64,000 nt of DNA from positions 571-64,570 of the forward strand of contig CAZNJW010000003.1 in assembly GCA_964573455.1 (NCBI GenBank), given 5' to 3'. Position 1 is the stretch's first letter; the number at the start of each line of letters is the position of its first letter. Source of the stretch: an uncultured Anaeromyxobacteraceae bacterium. GTDB lineage: Bacteria; Myxococcota_A; UBA9042; DTJE01. The notes beneath the pieces are model-generated. The model had not been told where the DNA came from. It did not search any database and saw nothing but the letters and a program-made list of their open reading frames with translations. Below, piece after piece: positions 16,528 to 25,993 of the stretch. The position numbers and the translations under genes were made by a program.

Positions 16528-18440
16528 ATATCTATCCTGACCGTGCCGAAGGCGGAAAAGCCGGGCAGCGGCTGCTGAAGGAAGTCGACGGCGTCGGTCT
16601 TGTTGGTGACGTTCATGAAATCCAGGCTGAGGGTCAGCGAAGGAATTGGCTTGACCAGCAACCTCACGTCCAGGCGGAACCTGTCTTCTTCCATCACCGA
16701 CTCGAACGCGTCAAGGTAGAACCCGGACTGCCACGAAGGCTGCAGCAGGAGTTTGAACGGACCGCCCGAGAAGGCCAGTTCGCCGATCACCGAGTGTTCC
16801 GGCCTGGCCGGAAGCCACATGCCCGTGGACGAGACCGTGGCGTCAAGCCATGTATAGGCGACGGATGCCCTGAACCACCTGTACTCCGCGGCAGCGGACG
16901 CCTCGACTCCCCTGATAACGGCCCGTCCAGAGTTGGAGGCGCGAATGACGAACGCGGAGACAGGCGCAAACGTGATCATGTTGAAACCGTAGTTCTCGAA
17001 ATACGAGGCCTTCAGATTCCACCACGATCCGCGTCCGGCCTCGATCCCGAAGTCCCAGGCAAGCGAGTCCTCAGGCTCCAGATCCGGGTTGCCCTGGACG
17101 AATCCGCTGTCGAAATAGAGTTCCTCGAAGGTTGGCAGTCTGAACGAGCGCCCGACATTCGCGGACAGACGCACGAGAGAATGCGGCTGGTACCATATTC
17201 CGAGGGACGGGACCGGCCTGAAACCGAAACCGGAGTCGTATTCGAGTCTCAGATCGAAAGCGACCTGCCAGTTGTCCTCCGGTTCTCCGGCAACGAAACC
17301 GACGATCCCGGCCAGGGTTCCCCTGCTTGGCCAGTGGTTGGCCTGACCGGCCCTGCGGACGCTGCCGCGGTCGTATCCTCCGTCAGCCCCGAAACGGAAC
17401 GCGAAGCGTTTCCAGGGTGCGGCAAGCGTGGAAAAGCGCGCGCCGAAACCGCCTGACATCAGCATCGTGTCCTGTTCAGCTCCCATGTTCGGATCGGAGT
17501 CACGGTATCCGAACGCCAGGAACCTGCCGTAAAGATCCGCCGAAGTGGCACCGCGCCGGCCGAACAGCCGTGGTCCCCGCCATCCGACACCTGCGACGAC
17601 CCTCGTGTCATCACCGAGTGCGGTCACAGACGGAAACTGCTCCATGCCGGCGATCTCGCGGTCCACCCTGAAGACCTCGACCAGCGCCTGAAAACTGTGA
17701 CCATCAAGCGGCTCCGACTCAACCTTCAGCATGCCCTCGAAAGCGGTGGACGCATTGTGCAGACGATCCCTTCGCGCCCCGTTCGAATCGGTGAATCGGA
17801 ACCCGCCACCGGAGTGGGAGAACCCGGCCGCGGCCATCACGCCGGTCACCGAGGCCTCATCCGCGAACACATGCGCGTGCGACGCCTTCAATCGAACGGT
17901 CGAGAATGATCCGCCCGACAACAACGCCGTGGTTCTGTCTCCGTTGTCCAGGATGGCGGGAGTCCTGGCGTCGATTGTACCGCCGGCCGCGTCGCTTCCC
18001 CTGACCGCTCCCAGTCCGCCCCTGGACACGTCCAGCGCGTCGAGCGGAAGAAGACCGAGTGAGTTCAGGTCGGCCCCGCCCATGAAAACCGAGTTCAAGG
18101 GAATACCGTCCAGCGCCAGCAGCGTGGACCTGGGGTCAGCCCCCCGGATGGATATCGAAACCGCCTGACCGGGGCCACCGTTGTCGCGCACCATCACCGC
18201 CGGGGCCGTTTTGACCGCCGCGGACGGGCCGGCAGGCGATTCGATGGCGGCAGGATCCGATACCGTCGTGGTCCCGGGACTCTCCCTCGCGAGGGGGTCG
18301 CCGCTCACAGGATCGCCAAAGACATCGATCCCGGGAACATCAATCATGACAGGTTGTTCCTGCGCCGAAGCGGACCGGATCAGTAACAGACAGACCAAAG
18401 CCGGAAAAGACAGGATGAAGCGGAAGATACCTGCAGACAT
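16524..18440 (-). CDS. btuB: TonB-dependent outer-membrane receptor. BtuB-like, judged from the riboswitch and operon context.
   Basis: ATG 18440 gives the signal peptide MSAGIFRFILSFPALVCLLLIRSASA. Plug motif GQAVSISIRGADPRSTLLALDGIPLNS, followed by a long beta-barrel with alternating-residue strands. Confidence 0.8.
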   Translation of the reverse strand: MSAGIFRFILSFPALVCLLLIRSASAQEQPVMIDVPGIDVFGDPVSGDPLARESPGTTTVSDPAAIESPAGPSAAVKTAPAVMVRDNGGPGQAVSISIRGADPRSTLLALDGIPLNSVFMGGADLNSLGLLPLDALDVSRGGLGAVRGSDAAGGTIDARTPAILDNGDRTTALLSGGSFSTVRLKASHAHVFADEASVTGVMAAAGFSHSGGGFRFTDSNGARRDRLHNASTAFEGMLKVESEPLDGHSFQALVEVFRVDREIAGMEQFPSVTALGDDTRVVAGVGWRGPRLFGRRGATSADLYGRFLAFGYRDSDPNMGAEQDTMLMSGGFGARFSTLAAPWKRFAFRFGADGGYDRGSVRRAGQANHWPSRGTLAGIVGFVAGEPEDNWQVAFDLRLEYDSGFGFRPVPSLGIWYQPHSLVRLSANVGRSFRLPTFEELYFDSGFVQGNPDLEPEDSLAWDFGIEAGRGSWWNLKASYFENYGFNMITFAPVSAFVIRASNSGRAVIRGVEASAAAEYRWFRASVAYTWLDATVSSTGMWLPARPEHSVIGELAFSGGPFKLLLQPSWQSGFYLDAFESVMEEDRFRLDVRLLVKPIPSLTLSLDFMNVTNKTDAVDFLQQPLPGFSAFGTVRIDI

Positions 18441-18469
18441 GCCCCTTGTCCCCGAGGAGTACAGTCCAT

Positions 18470-18665
18470 CGTTTCCGGGCAGGTCTCCTGGCTTGGGGGG
18501 AACGGCCGTGGCCGAAAGTTCTTCCGCCTTCCCGGCAGGTGCCAGTGGCATTCCGGAAGAACCCTGGAAAATCCTCCCCCGTCACAGTGGCGGGACCGCG
18601 CGGGAATCACACCCGCTTCCCTCTCCGGGACGCATCGCGTCCACCCGGAAAGAACGCAGCAACGG
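18470..18665 (-). promoter_or_regulatory. Cobalamin (B12) riboswitch in the 5' leader of the btuB-like operon
   Basis: The minus-strand read contains the conserved core AGGGAAGCGGGTGTGATTCCCGCGCGGTCCCGCCACTGTGAC. It also contains ...GCCACTGGCACCTGCCGGGAAGGC... and a B12 box AAGCCAGGAGACCTGCCCGG (about 18474..18496), ending about 35 nt before the ATG. Confidence 0.85.
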
Positions 18666-18727
18666 TCTCACAGACGAACGATTATTTCAAGGAGGAGAGA
18701 AAACGGGCCTGGGACGGGTGCCTGGAA

Positions 18728-19561
18728 CTACGGGCAGGGGCAGGCCTGGTTGCACGCGACCGCGACCGGCGAACCACCGACCGGGCAGTTGTTGATCTCG
18801 CACTTGTTATTGTAGTCATTGCCGTCAACACCGCAGAGCGGGGCGGAGGCCATTCCCTCGCACGGCTCGCAAACGATGATGCATTCACCGAAATTGGAGA
18901 ACATCGTGCGCTCGATCGTGACGCAGCCCTTCGCTTTCTTCAGCAGGCAGAGGTCGTCGTATTCGGTGACGCCGTCGATGTCGCAGACCTTGCCGCAATT
19001 CTGAATCGGCTGAGACTGGGCATCACACTCGTCCACAAGGTCGCAGGGACATTCATCGCAACTGGTACGGCGAAGCAGGAAGTTGGTTTCACCGGTGATC
19101 AGGCACTCGATCTCGCCTCCGCATCCGGGGCAGTCGGGCGCGTCGGCGCAAAGTTCACACGCGGCGCATGAGGCGCTGTTGTAAGTGACCTCGTCGATGC
19201 CGCACACCGGTTCGTTGACGGTGGTATCGCAGGGGCACATCGGCGGCACGTACGTGTCGATACCGGTGTCCTCGACAACATCCGTCTGGACGTCGGCATC
19301 GTCATCTACATCGGTCTGAACGTCTTCGTCCGTGTCAGGAACCGCAGTGTCCTTGCCATCATCGCGGACGGTGCTGTCCTTTTCACCAGGATCGCTGAGG
19401 TTATCCGGAACGAGGGTGTCCTGGACGTCTTCGGGGACAAACGTATCTTCGACATTCGTATCATTGCCGGTATCCAGCGGGGGTGGATTCCCGTCACCAC
19501 AGGCCATGGCAAAAGACGCCGCGGCAGCCATTACGACGAAAACGCTTGTTTTTCTGGACAT
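18728..19561 (-). CDS. Secreted lipoprotein with an acidic D/T/V-rich linker and about three Kazal-type (serine-protease-inhibitor-like) Cys domains
   Basis: ATG 19561 (GGAGGG upstream) gives MSRKTSVFVVMAAAASFAMAC. Kazal signatures are CDTTVNEPVCGIDEVTYNSASCAAC and CEGMASAPLCGVDGNDYNNKCEINNC. A degenerate middle copy reads CGKVCDIDGVTEYDDLCLLKKAKGC. Confidence 0.8.
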   Translation of the reverse strand: MSRKTSVFVVMAAAASFAMACGDGNPPPLDTGNDTNVEDTFVPEDVQDTLVPDNLSDPGEKDSTVRDDGKDTAVPDTDEDVQTDVDDDADVQTDVVEDTGIDTYVPPMCPCDTTVNEPVCGIDEVTYNSASCAACELCADAPDCPGCGGEIECLITGETNFLLRRTSCDECPCDLVDECDAQSQPIQNCGKVCDIDGVTEYDDLCLLKKAKGCVTIERTMFSNFGECIIVCEPCEGMASAPLCGVDGNDYNNKCEINNCPVGGSPVAVACNQACPCP

Positions 19562-19659
19562 CAAATCCCTCCGGATACGTTGTTCACAGCAGTCGAGAGC
19601 ACCCGGAAACCCGGGGTTATCCATGGAATGCCGACAAACATTTTAATGTAATTGGCTTT

Positions 19660-20607
19660 TCAGGGCAAGAAGACTCGAATGGTCGTCTGAAGATAGAATC
19701 CGCCCGCGTCCCAGACATCGTGGGCATAGCCGACATCGACAGCCACGATCTTCGACACGTAGCCGATTCCCAGCGATACCCGCATCTCGTCAACCTGGAC
19801 TCCGTCGTTGCCGGTGTGACCGACACGATCCCAGTTGAACCCGGCACGCAGCGCGACCACGTTCTGGACCATCACCTCAAGGCCGCCCATCAGGCTGGGC
19901 GTGGCGACACCGAAGGTCGAAAAGTCCACATCGCAGTCCAGTCCGAAATTGACGATCGAATGGGAAATTCCGATTCCGACGCCCAGCTTTCTAGGGGCCA
20001 GAGCCCAGGTCCGCCTGCCGAACCCGGTCGAGTTCTTGATCTCGACGTTCGCGAGGTTTCCGGACTGGGCCGCGTTCTGGATCAGGTTCTGGCCGGTGAC
20101 CCCGACGTAGAAGATGTTCATGATCCCGAGCAGCAAACCGAGATCCATGTCGGCATACCAGCTTGAATCGGTCACGTCGGAACGTACGTTCATCACCCTC
20201 ATGGTCAGGCCCGCGCCGATGAAGATGACTTCGTTCGCCCACTTCGTCGACAGAGCTGAGCGGATGTCGTGGGTCATGGTGTCGTCGCCCTCGTCGGCAT
20301 ACCCGAATACATACGACAATCCACCGGATACCCACTTGTTAGTGGTCGAATCGACGAACGAGGCCGACGCCTGGTGCCACTGAGCCCAATGCGAATAAGC
20401 GTACCCCATGTTCACGGAGTACTGGTTGATCTGCGGAATGGTCGCGGGATTGAAGGAAAGGCCGTCGGCACCCATCCCGACAGCGCGCACCGCGTCGCCC
20501 ATCGACAGCGAACGCGCAGTCGAACTATCGGTCCTGGCAACGGCGGTCAGGGGAACAACGGACAGACCGGCCAAAAACAGGGCCGTGATCACGCAAAGGC
20601 GTTTCAT
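19660..20607 (-). CDS. Outer-membrane beta-barrel protein of unknown family. Its N-terminal GMGxA...NPA motif resembles FadL/PorV-like proteins.
   Basis: ATG 20607 gives the signal peptide MKRLCVITALFLAGLSVVPLTAVA, then SLSMGDAVRAVGMGADGLSFNPA. Amphipathic beta-strand periodicity runs throughout. Confidence 0.6.
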   Translation of the reverse strand: MKRLCVITALFLAGLSVVPLTAVARTDSSTARSLSMGDAVRAVGMGADGLSFNPATIPQINQYSVNMGYAYSHWAQWHQASASFVDSTTNKWVSGGLSYVFGYADEGDDTMTHDIRSALSTKWANEVIFIGAGLTMRVMNVRSDVTDSSWYADMDLGLLLGIMNIFYVGVTGQNLIQNAAQSGNLANVEIKNSTGFGRRTWALAPRKLGVGIGISHSIVNFGLDCDVDFSTFGVATPSLMGGLEVMVQNVVALRAGFNWDRVGHTGNDGVQVDEMRVSLGIGYVSKIVAVDVGYAHDVWDAGGFYLQTTIRVFLP

Positions 20608-20816
20608 TTCGACAACCGCCGGTTCCAGATGGTGAAGACCTGCCATCCCGCGATCGGATAGATGCGGGAACGATTTGTCTAACGGTATTGATGCAGGCGT
20701 GAACTGTCAAGAAATCGGCAGGATTGTAGACAGATTACAGTCGCCGGGATATGGTCTTGCGACCATGGTGGTGCTAGGCTGAAAGGCCTTGATGAAACCG
20801 CATCCGGAGGATTTCG

Positions 20817-21536
20817 ATGAACGATAAACGCATAGTGGTCGTAATCCCGACCTACAACGAGGCGGAAAACGTCAGGAACATCGTTCCGCAGGTGCTGGCG
20901 GCGCTCCCGAACGCCGACGTGCTGATCGTGGACGACTCCTCGCCGGACGGCACCGGCGATATCGTCAAGGAGATGGCTCTCGGGGAACCACGCATAGGAC
21001 TCCTGTCGCGCCGCGGCAAGGAAGGTCTCGGCAAGGCGTACATCGCCGGGTTCAAACGCTGCCTTCAGGAAGGCTACGACATCATCTTCCAGATGGACTG
21101 CGACTTCTCGCACCAGCCGTCCCACCTGACGGAGTTCATGGCGGCGATTCAGGACAATGACTTCGTGATCGGCTCCAGGTACATGCCCGGCGGACGGACC
21201 ACCGACTGGGGATTCCACCGCAAGTTTCTGTCCAGGGGCGGCAACCTGTATGCCAGGATCATTCTCGGTGTGAAGGTCTCCGATCTGACGGGCGGGTTCA
21301 AGTGCTGGCGGCGCGAAGTCCTTGAAGGTATCGACCTGGACACCATCGCGGCCGCGGGATACGCATTCCAGATGGAGATGACATTCAGGGCGCTGAAAAA
21401 GGGATTCCGTCTCAAACAGATCCCGATCGTCTTCCCGGATCGCACGAAGGGTGAATCAAAGCTGGTCGGCGGGATCTTCTGGGAAAGCCTGGGTATTCCC
21501 TTCCGGATCAGATTCGGCAGCCGGAAGGCATCGTGA
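20817..21536 (+). CDS. Polyprenol-phosphate mannosyl/glycosyl-transferase (GT2, Dpm1/Ppm1-like)
   Basis: IVVVIPTYNEAENV...ADVLIVDDSSPDGTGDIV...GLGKAYIAGF...MDCDFSHQP are classic GT2 polyprenyl-P-sugar synthase motifs. GGAGGA RBS. Confidence 0.85.
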   Translation: MNDKRIVVVIPTYNEAENVRNIVPQVLAALPNADVLIVDDSSPDGTGDIVKEMALGEPRIGLLSRRGKEGLGKAYIAGFKRCLQEGYDIIFQMDCDFSHQPSHLTEFMAAIQDNDFVIGSRYMPGGRTTDWGFHRKFLSRGGNLYARIILGVKVSDLTGGFKCWRREVLEGIDLDTIAAAGYAFQMEMTFRALKKGFRLKQIPIVFPDRTKGESKLVGGIFWESLGIPFRIRFGSRKAS

Positions 21537-21537
21537 A

Positions 21538-22716
21538 CTAGCTGATCAGGATCAATTCTTCCTGCTGGGGTCCGCTGACCTCCACCGAACCGTCCTGCCT
21601 GATGAAAACGTCGATCTCGGATCTGACGGCCATCCGTCCCGGCAGATAGATTCCCGGCTCGACCGAGAAACAGATTCCGGGCACCAGCCTGCGCAGATCC
21701 CGAGTTTCGAGGTTGTCGATGTTGACACCGTTTCCATGCACGTTGACGCCGATTGAGTGACCTGTCCTGTGGATGAAAAACTCACCGTAACCAGCGGCCT
21801 GGACTACCGACCTGCACGCGTCGTCGACTTCGTAGCCGAAACACTGCTGATGGCGCGCGAACCGCTCGCGGACGAACTCCACCGCGGCCTTGCGGGCGTC
21901 CCGGACCACGTTGAAGATCTTGAGGTACTCATCCGGAGGATTGGTTCCCACGAAACCGACCCATGTGATGTCGTAGAAGATGGCGCCGGGCCGTGCCAGC
22001 TTCGCCCACAGGTCGATCAGTACCGTGTCGCCCTCGCGAATCACTACCGTATTTTCAGGCGTGGGTTCGAAATGCGGGTCGGACGGATGTCCGTTGACCC
22101 CGACAATCGGGAATTCGCCCATGCAGTCCAGGCCCTGTTCCTCGAACCTGCGGATAATGAAACGCTGGACGTCGTATTCGGTCAGTCCCTTTCCATTCTT
22201 GACTGAATCGCCGATCAAGGTGAACGCCTCGTCCTTGATAGCGTGAATCAACCTGCCGGCCTCGACGTGCGTCTGGTAACCAGCGTCATCTATCACTGCC
22301 TCGAAGACCTGAACCAGGTCAGCCGATGATCCGATGCGGGCGCCGGCGGCCCTGACCAGGTCAATCATGCCCGCGTCCACGAGACTGACGTATGGAATGG
22401 CGTCGTCCGGGGAGTACTGCATGGCGACGTTCTTTCCCCGCAGCATGCGTTCCAGTTCATCGGCGAGGTCGCGCCAGGAAAGATAGGTGCGTTTCTCGCC
22501 GGGAAGCGAATCCAGGCGGGACGGTTCGACCTTGCTGACCAGGCGAATTGGCTCGCCTGAGGATGGGACGAGGTAGAACCAGCGTCTCGACGTGAACTTC
22601 TCGAAGTCGAGCCCCAGGATGCGGTACGCGATCGCGTCCCTGTTGTTGAAGTCACAGAACAGCCAGCCGTCGAACCCGGCCTCGCCCACCGCTTTCTGAA
22701 GCTTGCGGATGTCCAT
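21538..22716 (-). CDS. M24-family metallopeptidase (Xaa-Pro aminopeptidase/dipeptidase-like)
   Basis: Pita-bread fold motifs YDITWVGF, HRTGHSIGVNVHG and FSVEPGIYLPG. GGAGG RBS. Confidence 0.85.
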   Translation of the reverse strand: MDIRKLQKAVGEAGFDGWLFCDFNNRDAIAYRILGLDFEKFTSRRWFYLVPSSGEPIRLVSKVEPSRLDSLPGEKRTYLSWRDLADELERMLRGKNVAMQYSPDDAIPYVSLVDAGMIDLVRAAGARIGSSADLVQVFEAVIDDAGYQTHVEAGRLIHAIKDEAFTLIGDSVKNGKGLTEYDVQRFIIRRFEEQGLDCMGEFPIVGVNGHPSDPHFEPTPENTVVIREGDTVLIDLWAKLARPGAIFYDITWVGFVGTNPPDEYLKIFNVVRDARKAAVEFVRERFARHQQCFGYEVDDACRSVVQAAGYGEFFIHRTGHSIGVNVHGNGVNIDNLETRDLRRLVPGICFSVEPGIYLPGRMAVRSEIDVFIRQDGSVEVSGPQQEELILIS

Positions 22717-22754
22717 CGATACCTCCAGATACCATCAGGAAAAACGAAAAACGA

Positions 22755-23612
22755 TTATCGATCGACCTGCCCGCTTCCACAAGCGTATGGAACGCCGGCC
22801 AGTTCACCGATGAAACGGGCGAGCCCGCCCTTCTCGAGGATAAACCCGCGATCCGTCAGGCCATGGTACTCGACCCAGCCATCGCGCGGGAGCCATCGCT
22901 CGCTGGTCGCGAATCCAGGCAGACGATGCCCGTGCCAGGTGCCCTGGACCGATACCCTGACCTGCAGGCCGTATCTTGGAGGAATCAAGGTCGGGAAGGT
23001 TGATACCTCGACCCGGGCACCTTCCATCCAGCCGCTGGCGGAACCACATTCGAAGACCGTGCGCGGAGGACTGACCTCGAGGCCGGCGTCCGCCAGGGCG
23101 GCAATTTCGGTTACGAGATTCTCTCTGGGCTTGAACACGAACCGGTACCAGTAGGAACGCGAATCCGGCAGCACGACCAGGCTGGATCCGAAGAAAGCGA
23201 ACGACGACATCACCGACACGAAAATCGTTGTAAGTGGAACAGGCGCCAGAAAGCTGAGATCCACCTTCTGTTCGGCCTTCAACATCACCACGATCAACAG
23301 GCCTGTCTGAATCAGACTGAGGATCCCGGCCCAGCCCCTGAAACGGTCGCCCCAGACGATGGTGCCCGCGATGGTCACCAGGGCTATCATGTGCGGAAAG
23401 GCGAGCCACGAAAACCGATCCAGAGCGATCGATATTCCACTGGTCTCGACCCAGGAATGGCCCCAGTCGGCAAAAAGCAGGGCCACGACCAGAATCTGCA
23501 TTCCAGCAGCCAGGGCATAGAGCCAGTCCGCGGCCCGGCGACCGAACCTGACCACCCATACCAATCCGGCTATTCCAATGGCCAGACTGGTTATTCCGAA
23601 TACCAGTTCCAT
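22755..23612 (-). CDS. Hypothetical membrane protein (about 5-6 N-terminal TM helices plus a soluble ~120-aa C-terminal domain)
   Basis: ORF 22755..23615 (TTG). The adjacent ATG 23612 is preferred. No recognisable family motif. Confidence 0.55.
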   Translation of the reverse strand: MELVFGITSLAIGIAGLVWVVRFGRRAADWLYALAAGMQILVVALLFADWGHSWVETSGISIALDRFSWLAFPHMIALVTIAGTIVWGDRFRGWAGILSLIQTGLLIVVMLKAEQKVDLSFLAPVPLTTIFVSVMSSFAFFGSSLVVLPDSRSYWYRFVFKPRENLVTEIAALADAGLEVSPPRTVFECGSASGWMEGARVEVSTFPTLIPPRYGLQVRVSVQGTWHGHRLPGFATSERWLPRDGWVEYHGLTDRGFILEKGGLARFIGELAGVPYACGSGQVDR

Positions 23613-23648
23613 CAAGTCACCGGATTCAATGAAACGGAACGGTCAACC

Positions 23649-25088
23649 CTACCAGATACCGGAACGCAGATACTCGTCGATCGAATGCGCGGCCCGACGG
23701 CCGTCCCCCATTGCCAGGATGACTGTGGCGCCGCCACGCACGATATCGCCTCCGGCCCAGACCCCCTTCATGGAAGTCCTGCCGGTCTCCGGGTCGGCAA
23801 TGATGTTACCCCATTTGTCGGTGTTCAGAGCCGACGTCGAGGCTGTGATAATCGGGTTCGCGCCGTTGCCGATGGCGCAGATCACGACATCGACCGGGAT
23901 CACGAACTCGCTGCCCGGAATCGGGACCGGTCTGGGCCTGCCGCTGCGGTCCGGCTCGCCGAGCGCCATCTTCAGGCATTTCACGCCGGTCACCCAGCCC
24001 GACTCATCGGCCAGGATCTCGATACCGTCCTGAAGCAACTCAAACCTGACTCCTTCCTGTCGGGCATGATGGATCTCCTCGACCCTGGCCGGCATCTCGG
24101 ACTCGCCGCGTCGATACATGATGATCGACTCTTCGGCACCAAGCCTGAGCGCGGTTCTCGCCGCGTCCATCGCGACATTTCCGCCGCCAAAGGTCAGGAC
24201 TCTACGGCCGCGCACAACCGGCGTATCGGATGTCGTGCCAAAGTTGTATGCGTCCATCAGGTTGGCCCTGGTCAGGTATTCGTTCGCGGAATAGACGCCC
24301 AGAGAATCCTCGCCCGGTATCTTCTTGAACCAGGGCAGCCCGGCACCGGTGGCGATAAAGACCGCGTCGAAGCCTTTGTCGAACAACTCCGGTATGGTCA
24401 TGGACTTGCCAATCGCCATGTTCCGGACGATCTTGACGCCTTTCCTCTCGAGCGCATCGACCTCGTAGTCGACGATCGATTTCGGCAGACGGAATTCAGG
24501 AATTCCATAGACCAGCACGCCACCTGTACGGTGAAGGGCCTCGAACACGGTCACTTCGTGACCCATCGAGTTCAGGTCTCCGGCCGCGGTCAGGCCGCCC
24601 GGACCAGACCCGATAACGGCGACCCTTCGTCCTGTCGGGGCAGTGGTCGGCACATCCTCTGCGGCAGGGCCGTTATCCCTGTCCCAGTCGGCCACGAAAC
24701 GCTCCAGTTTCCCGATCTGAACGCTCATCTCCGGGTTCTTGCGCGACTTCGCGACGGTGCACACCGCCTGGCACTGTTCCTCCTGGGGACATACACGCCC
24801 GCAGACGGCGGGCAGGCAGTTGGTCTCCTTGATCCGGCAGGCGGCCTCGTGGAAACGGCCATCGGCCACCATCCCAATGAACCCGGGAATGTCCACGGCC
24901 ACCGGACAGCCGGAAACACACGGCCGGTTGCGGCACAGCAGACACCTGGAAGCCTCGCGCATCGCCTCCTCGGGCGAATAGCCGAGCGGAACTTCATTAA
25001 TGTTGTGCCGACGAACCGAGGGATCCTGCTCGCGCATTGGAACGGGATCAATCGCAAGCCTTTCACGGGGGGTGAGTCTGTCAGCCAC
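23649..25088 (-). CDS. nfnB: GltD-like NADPH-dependent oxidoreductase, large subunit (NfnB/SudA type)
   Basis: N-terminal Fe-S motif CLLCRNRPCVSGCPVAVDIP. Two Rossmann motifs, VAVIGSGPGGLTAA and VLTFGGGNVAMDAA. The GTG start overlaps the upstream gene by 8 nt. Confidence 0.8.
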   Translation of the reverse strand: MADRLTPRERLAIDPVPMREQDPSVRRHNINEVPLGYSPEEAMREASRCLLCRNRPCVSGCPVAVDIPGFIGMVADGRFHEAACRIKETNCLPAVCGRVCPQEEQCQAVCTVAKSRKNPEMSVQIGKLERFVADWDRDNGPAAEDVPTTAPTGRRVAVIGSGPGGLTAAGDLNSMGHEVTVFEALHRTGGVLVYGIPEFRLPKSIVDYEVDALERKGVKIVRNMAIGKSMTIPELFDKGFDAVFIATGAGLPWFKKIPGEDSLGVYSANEYLTRANLMDAYNFGTTSDTPVVRGRRVLTFGGGNVAMDAARTALRLGAEESIIMYRRGESEMPARVEEIHHARQEGVRFELLQDGIEILADESGWVTGVKCLKMALGEPDRSGRPRPVPIPGSEFVIPVDVVICAIGNGANPIITASTSALNTDKWGNIIADPETGRTSMKGVWAGGDIVRGGATVILAMGDGRRAAHSIDEYLRSGIW

Positions 25089-25962
25089 GCTTAATCTCCC
25101 GGAGCCTCTCTTCGAGATGGCACGCGTGTTCCCTGCGGAACGAGTCGTATGAGGCTTTTTCGTCGGTCTCGTACATGCGCTGCCTTTTCATCATCGCGTC
25201 GAAATCCACGCCGTGTCCGTCGAACTCAGGGCCGTCCACGCAGACGAATCTGGTCTCGCCGTTGACGGTGACCCGGCAACCGCCACACATGCCGGTTCCA
25301 TCGATCATGACGGTATTAAGGCTGACCATCGTCGGGATGCCGTATTCCTTTGTCAGAAGCGAGACCATCTTCATCATGATCGGCGGTCCGATCGCGACGA
25401 CAAGATCGACCTTCTCGCCGCTGGACAGGAGATCCCGCAATGCATCGGTCACGAACCCCTTCCGACCATACGACCCGTCATCCGTGACGGGGATCAGGTC
25501 GTCCGAGGCATCGCGCATCTCGCGCTCCATGATCAACAGATCCCGCGAACGTGCGCCGATGACCGAGGTCACTCGATTACCGGCAGCCTTCATCGCCCGG
25601 GCGATGGGATGAGTCGGCGCGACGCCGATTCCTCCACCCACGCACACGACGTGTCCGTACAGTTCGACATGTGTCGGCCTGCCGAGCGGACCCGCGATAT
25701 CCGAAAGCTCCTGTCCTGCCTCAAGCAGGGCCATCTCTGCCGTTGTACGGCCAACGACCTGGTAGACAAGCGTTATCGTGCCCGCCACCGGATCGGCATC
25801 CGCGATGGTCAGCGGAATCCGCTCACGCCCTCCGCCTGGCCGCACTATCACGAACTGACCAGCCTTCCGATAGCCGGCCACATGCGGCGCGTCAACGACC
25901 ATTCGGAACACGGAGGGCGCTATCGAGTCGTTACTGTGAATCCTGAATCCGGGCTGCGTCAT
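25081..25962 (-). CDS. nfnA: PyrK-like FAD/NAD(P)-binding plus 2Fe-2S subunit (NfnA/SudB type)
   Basis: RIPLTIAD, VCVGGGIGVAP and C-terminal CGGCRV...FVCVDGPEF motifs. Adjacent to and overlapping the GltD-like gene. Confidence 0.8.
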   Translation of the reverse strand: MTQPGFRIHSNDSIAPSVFRMVVDAPHVAGYRKAGQFVIVRPGGGRERIPLTIADADPVAGTITLVYQVVGRTTAEMALLEAGQELSDIAGPLGRPTHVELYGHVVCVGGGIGVAPTHPIARAMKAAGNRVTSVIGARSRDLLIMEREMRDASDDLIPVTDDGSYGRKGFVTDALRDLLSSGEKVDLVVAIGPPIMMKMVSLLTKEYGIPTMVSLNTVMIDGTGMCGGCRVTVNGETRFVCVDGPEFDGHGVDFDAMMKRQRMYETDEKASYDSFRREHACHLEERLREIKRG

Positions 25963-25993
25963 CTGGTCCTCCGGAAGGGGACATATGTTCTGT

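Noticed and set aside
18685-18727. Promoter for the riboswitch operon (TTGAAA at 18685..18690, minus strand)
   Set aside because: There is a good -35-like hexamer but no acceptable -10 at 16-19 nt spacing, so it is not reported as a feature.
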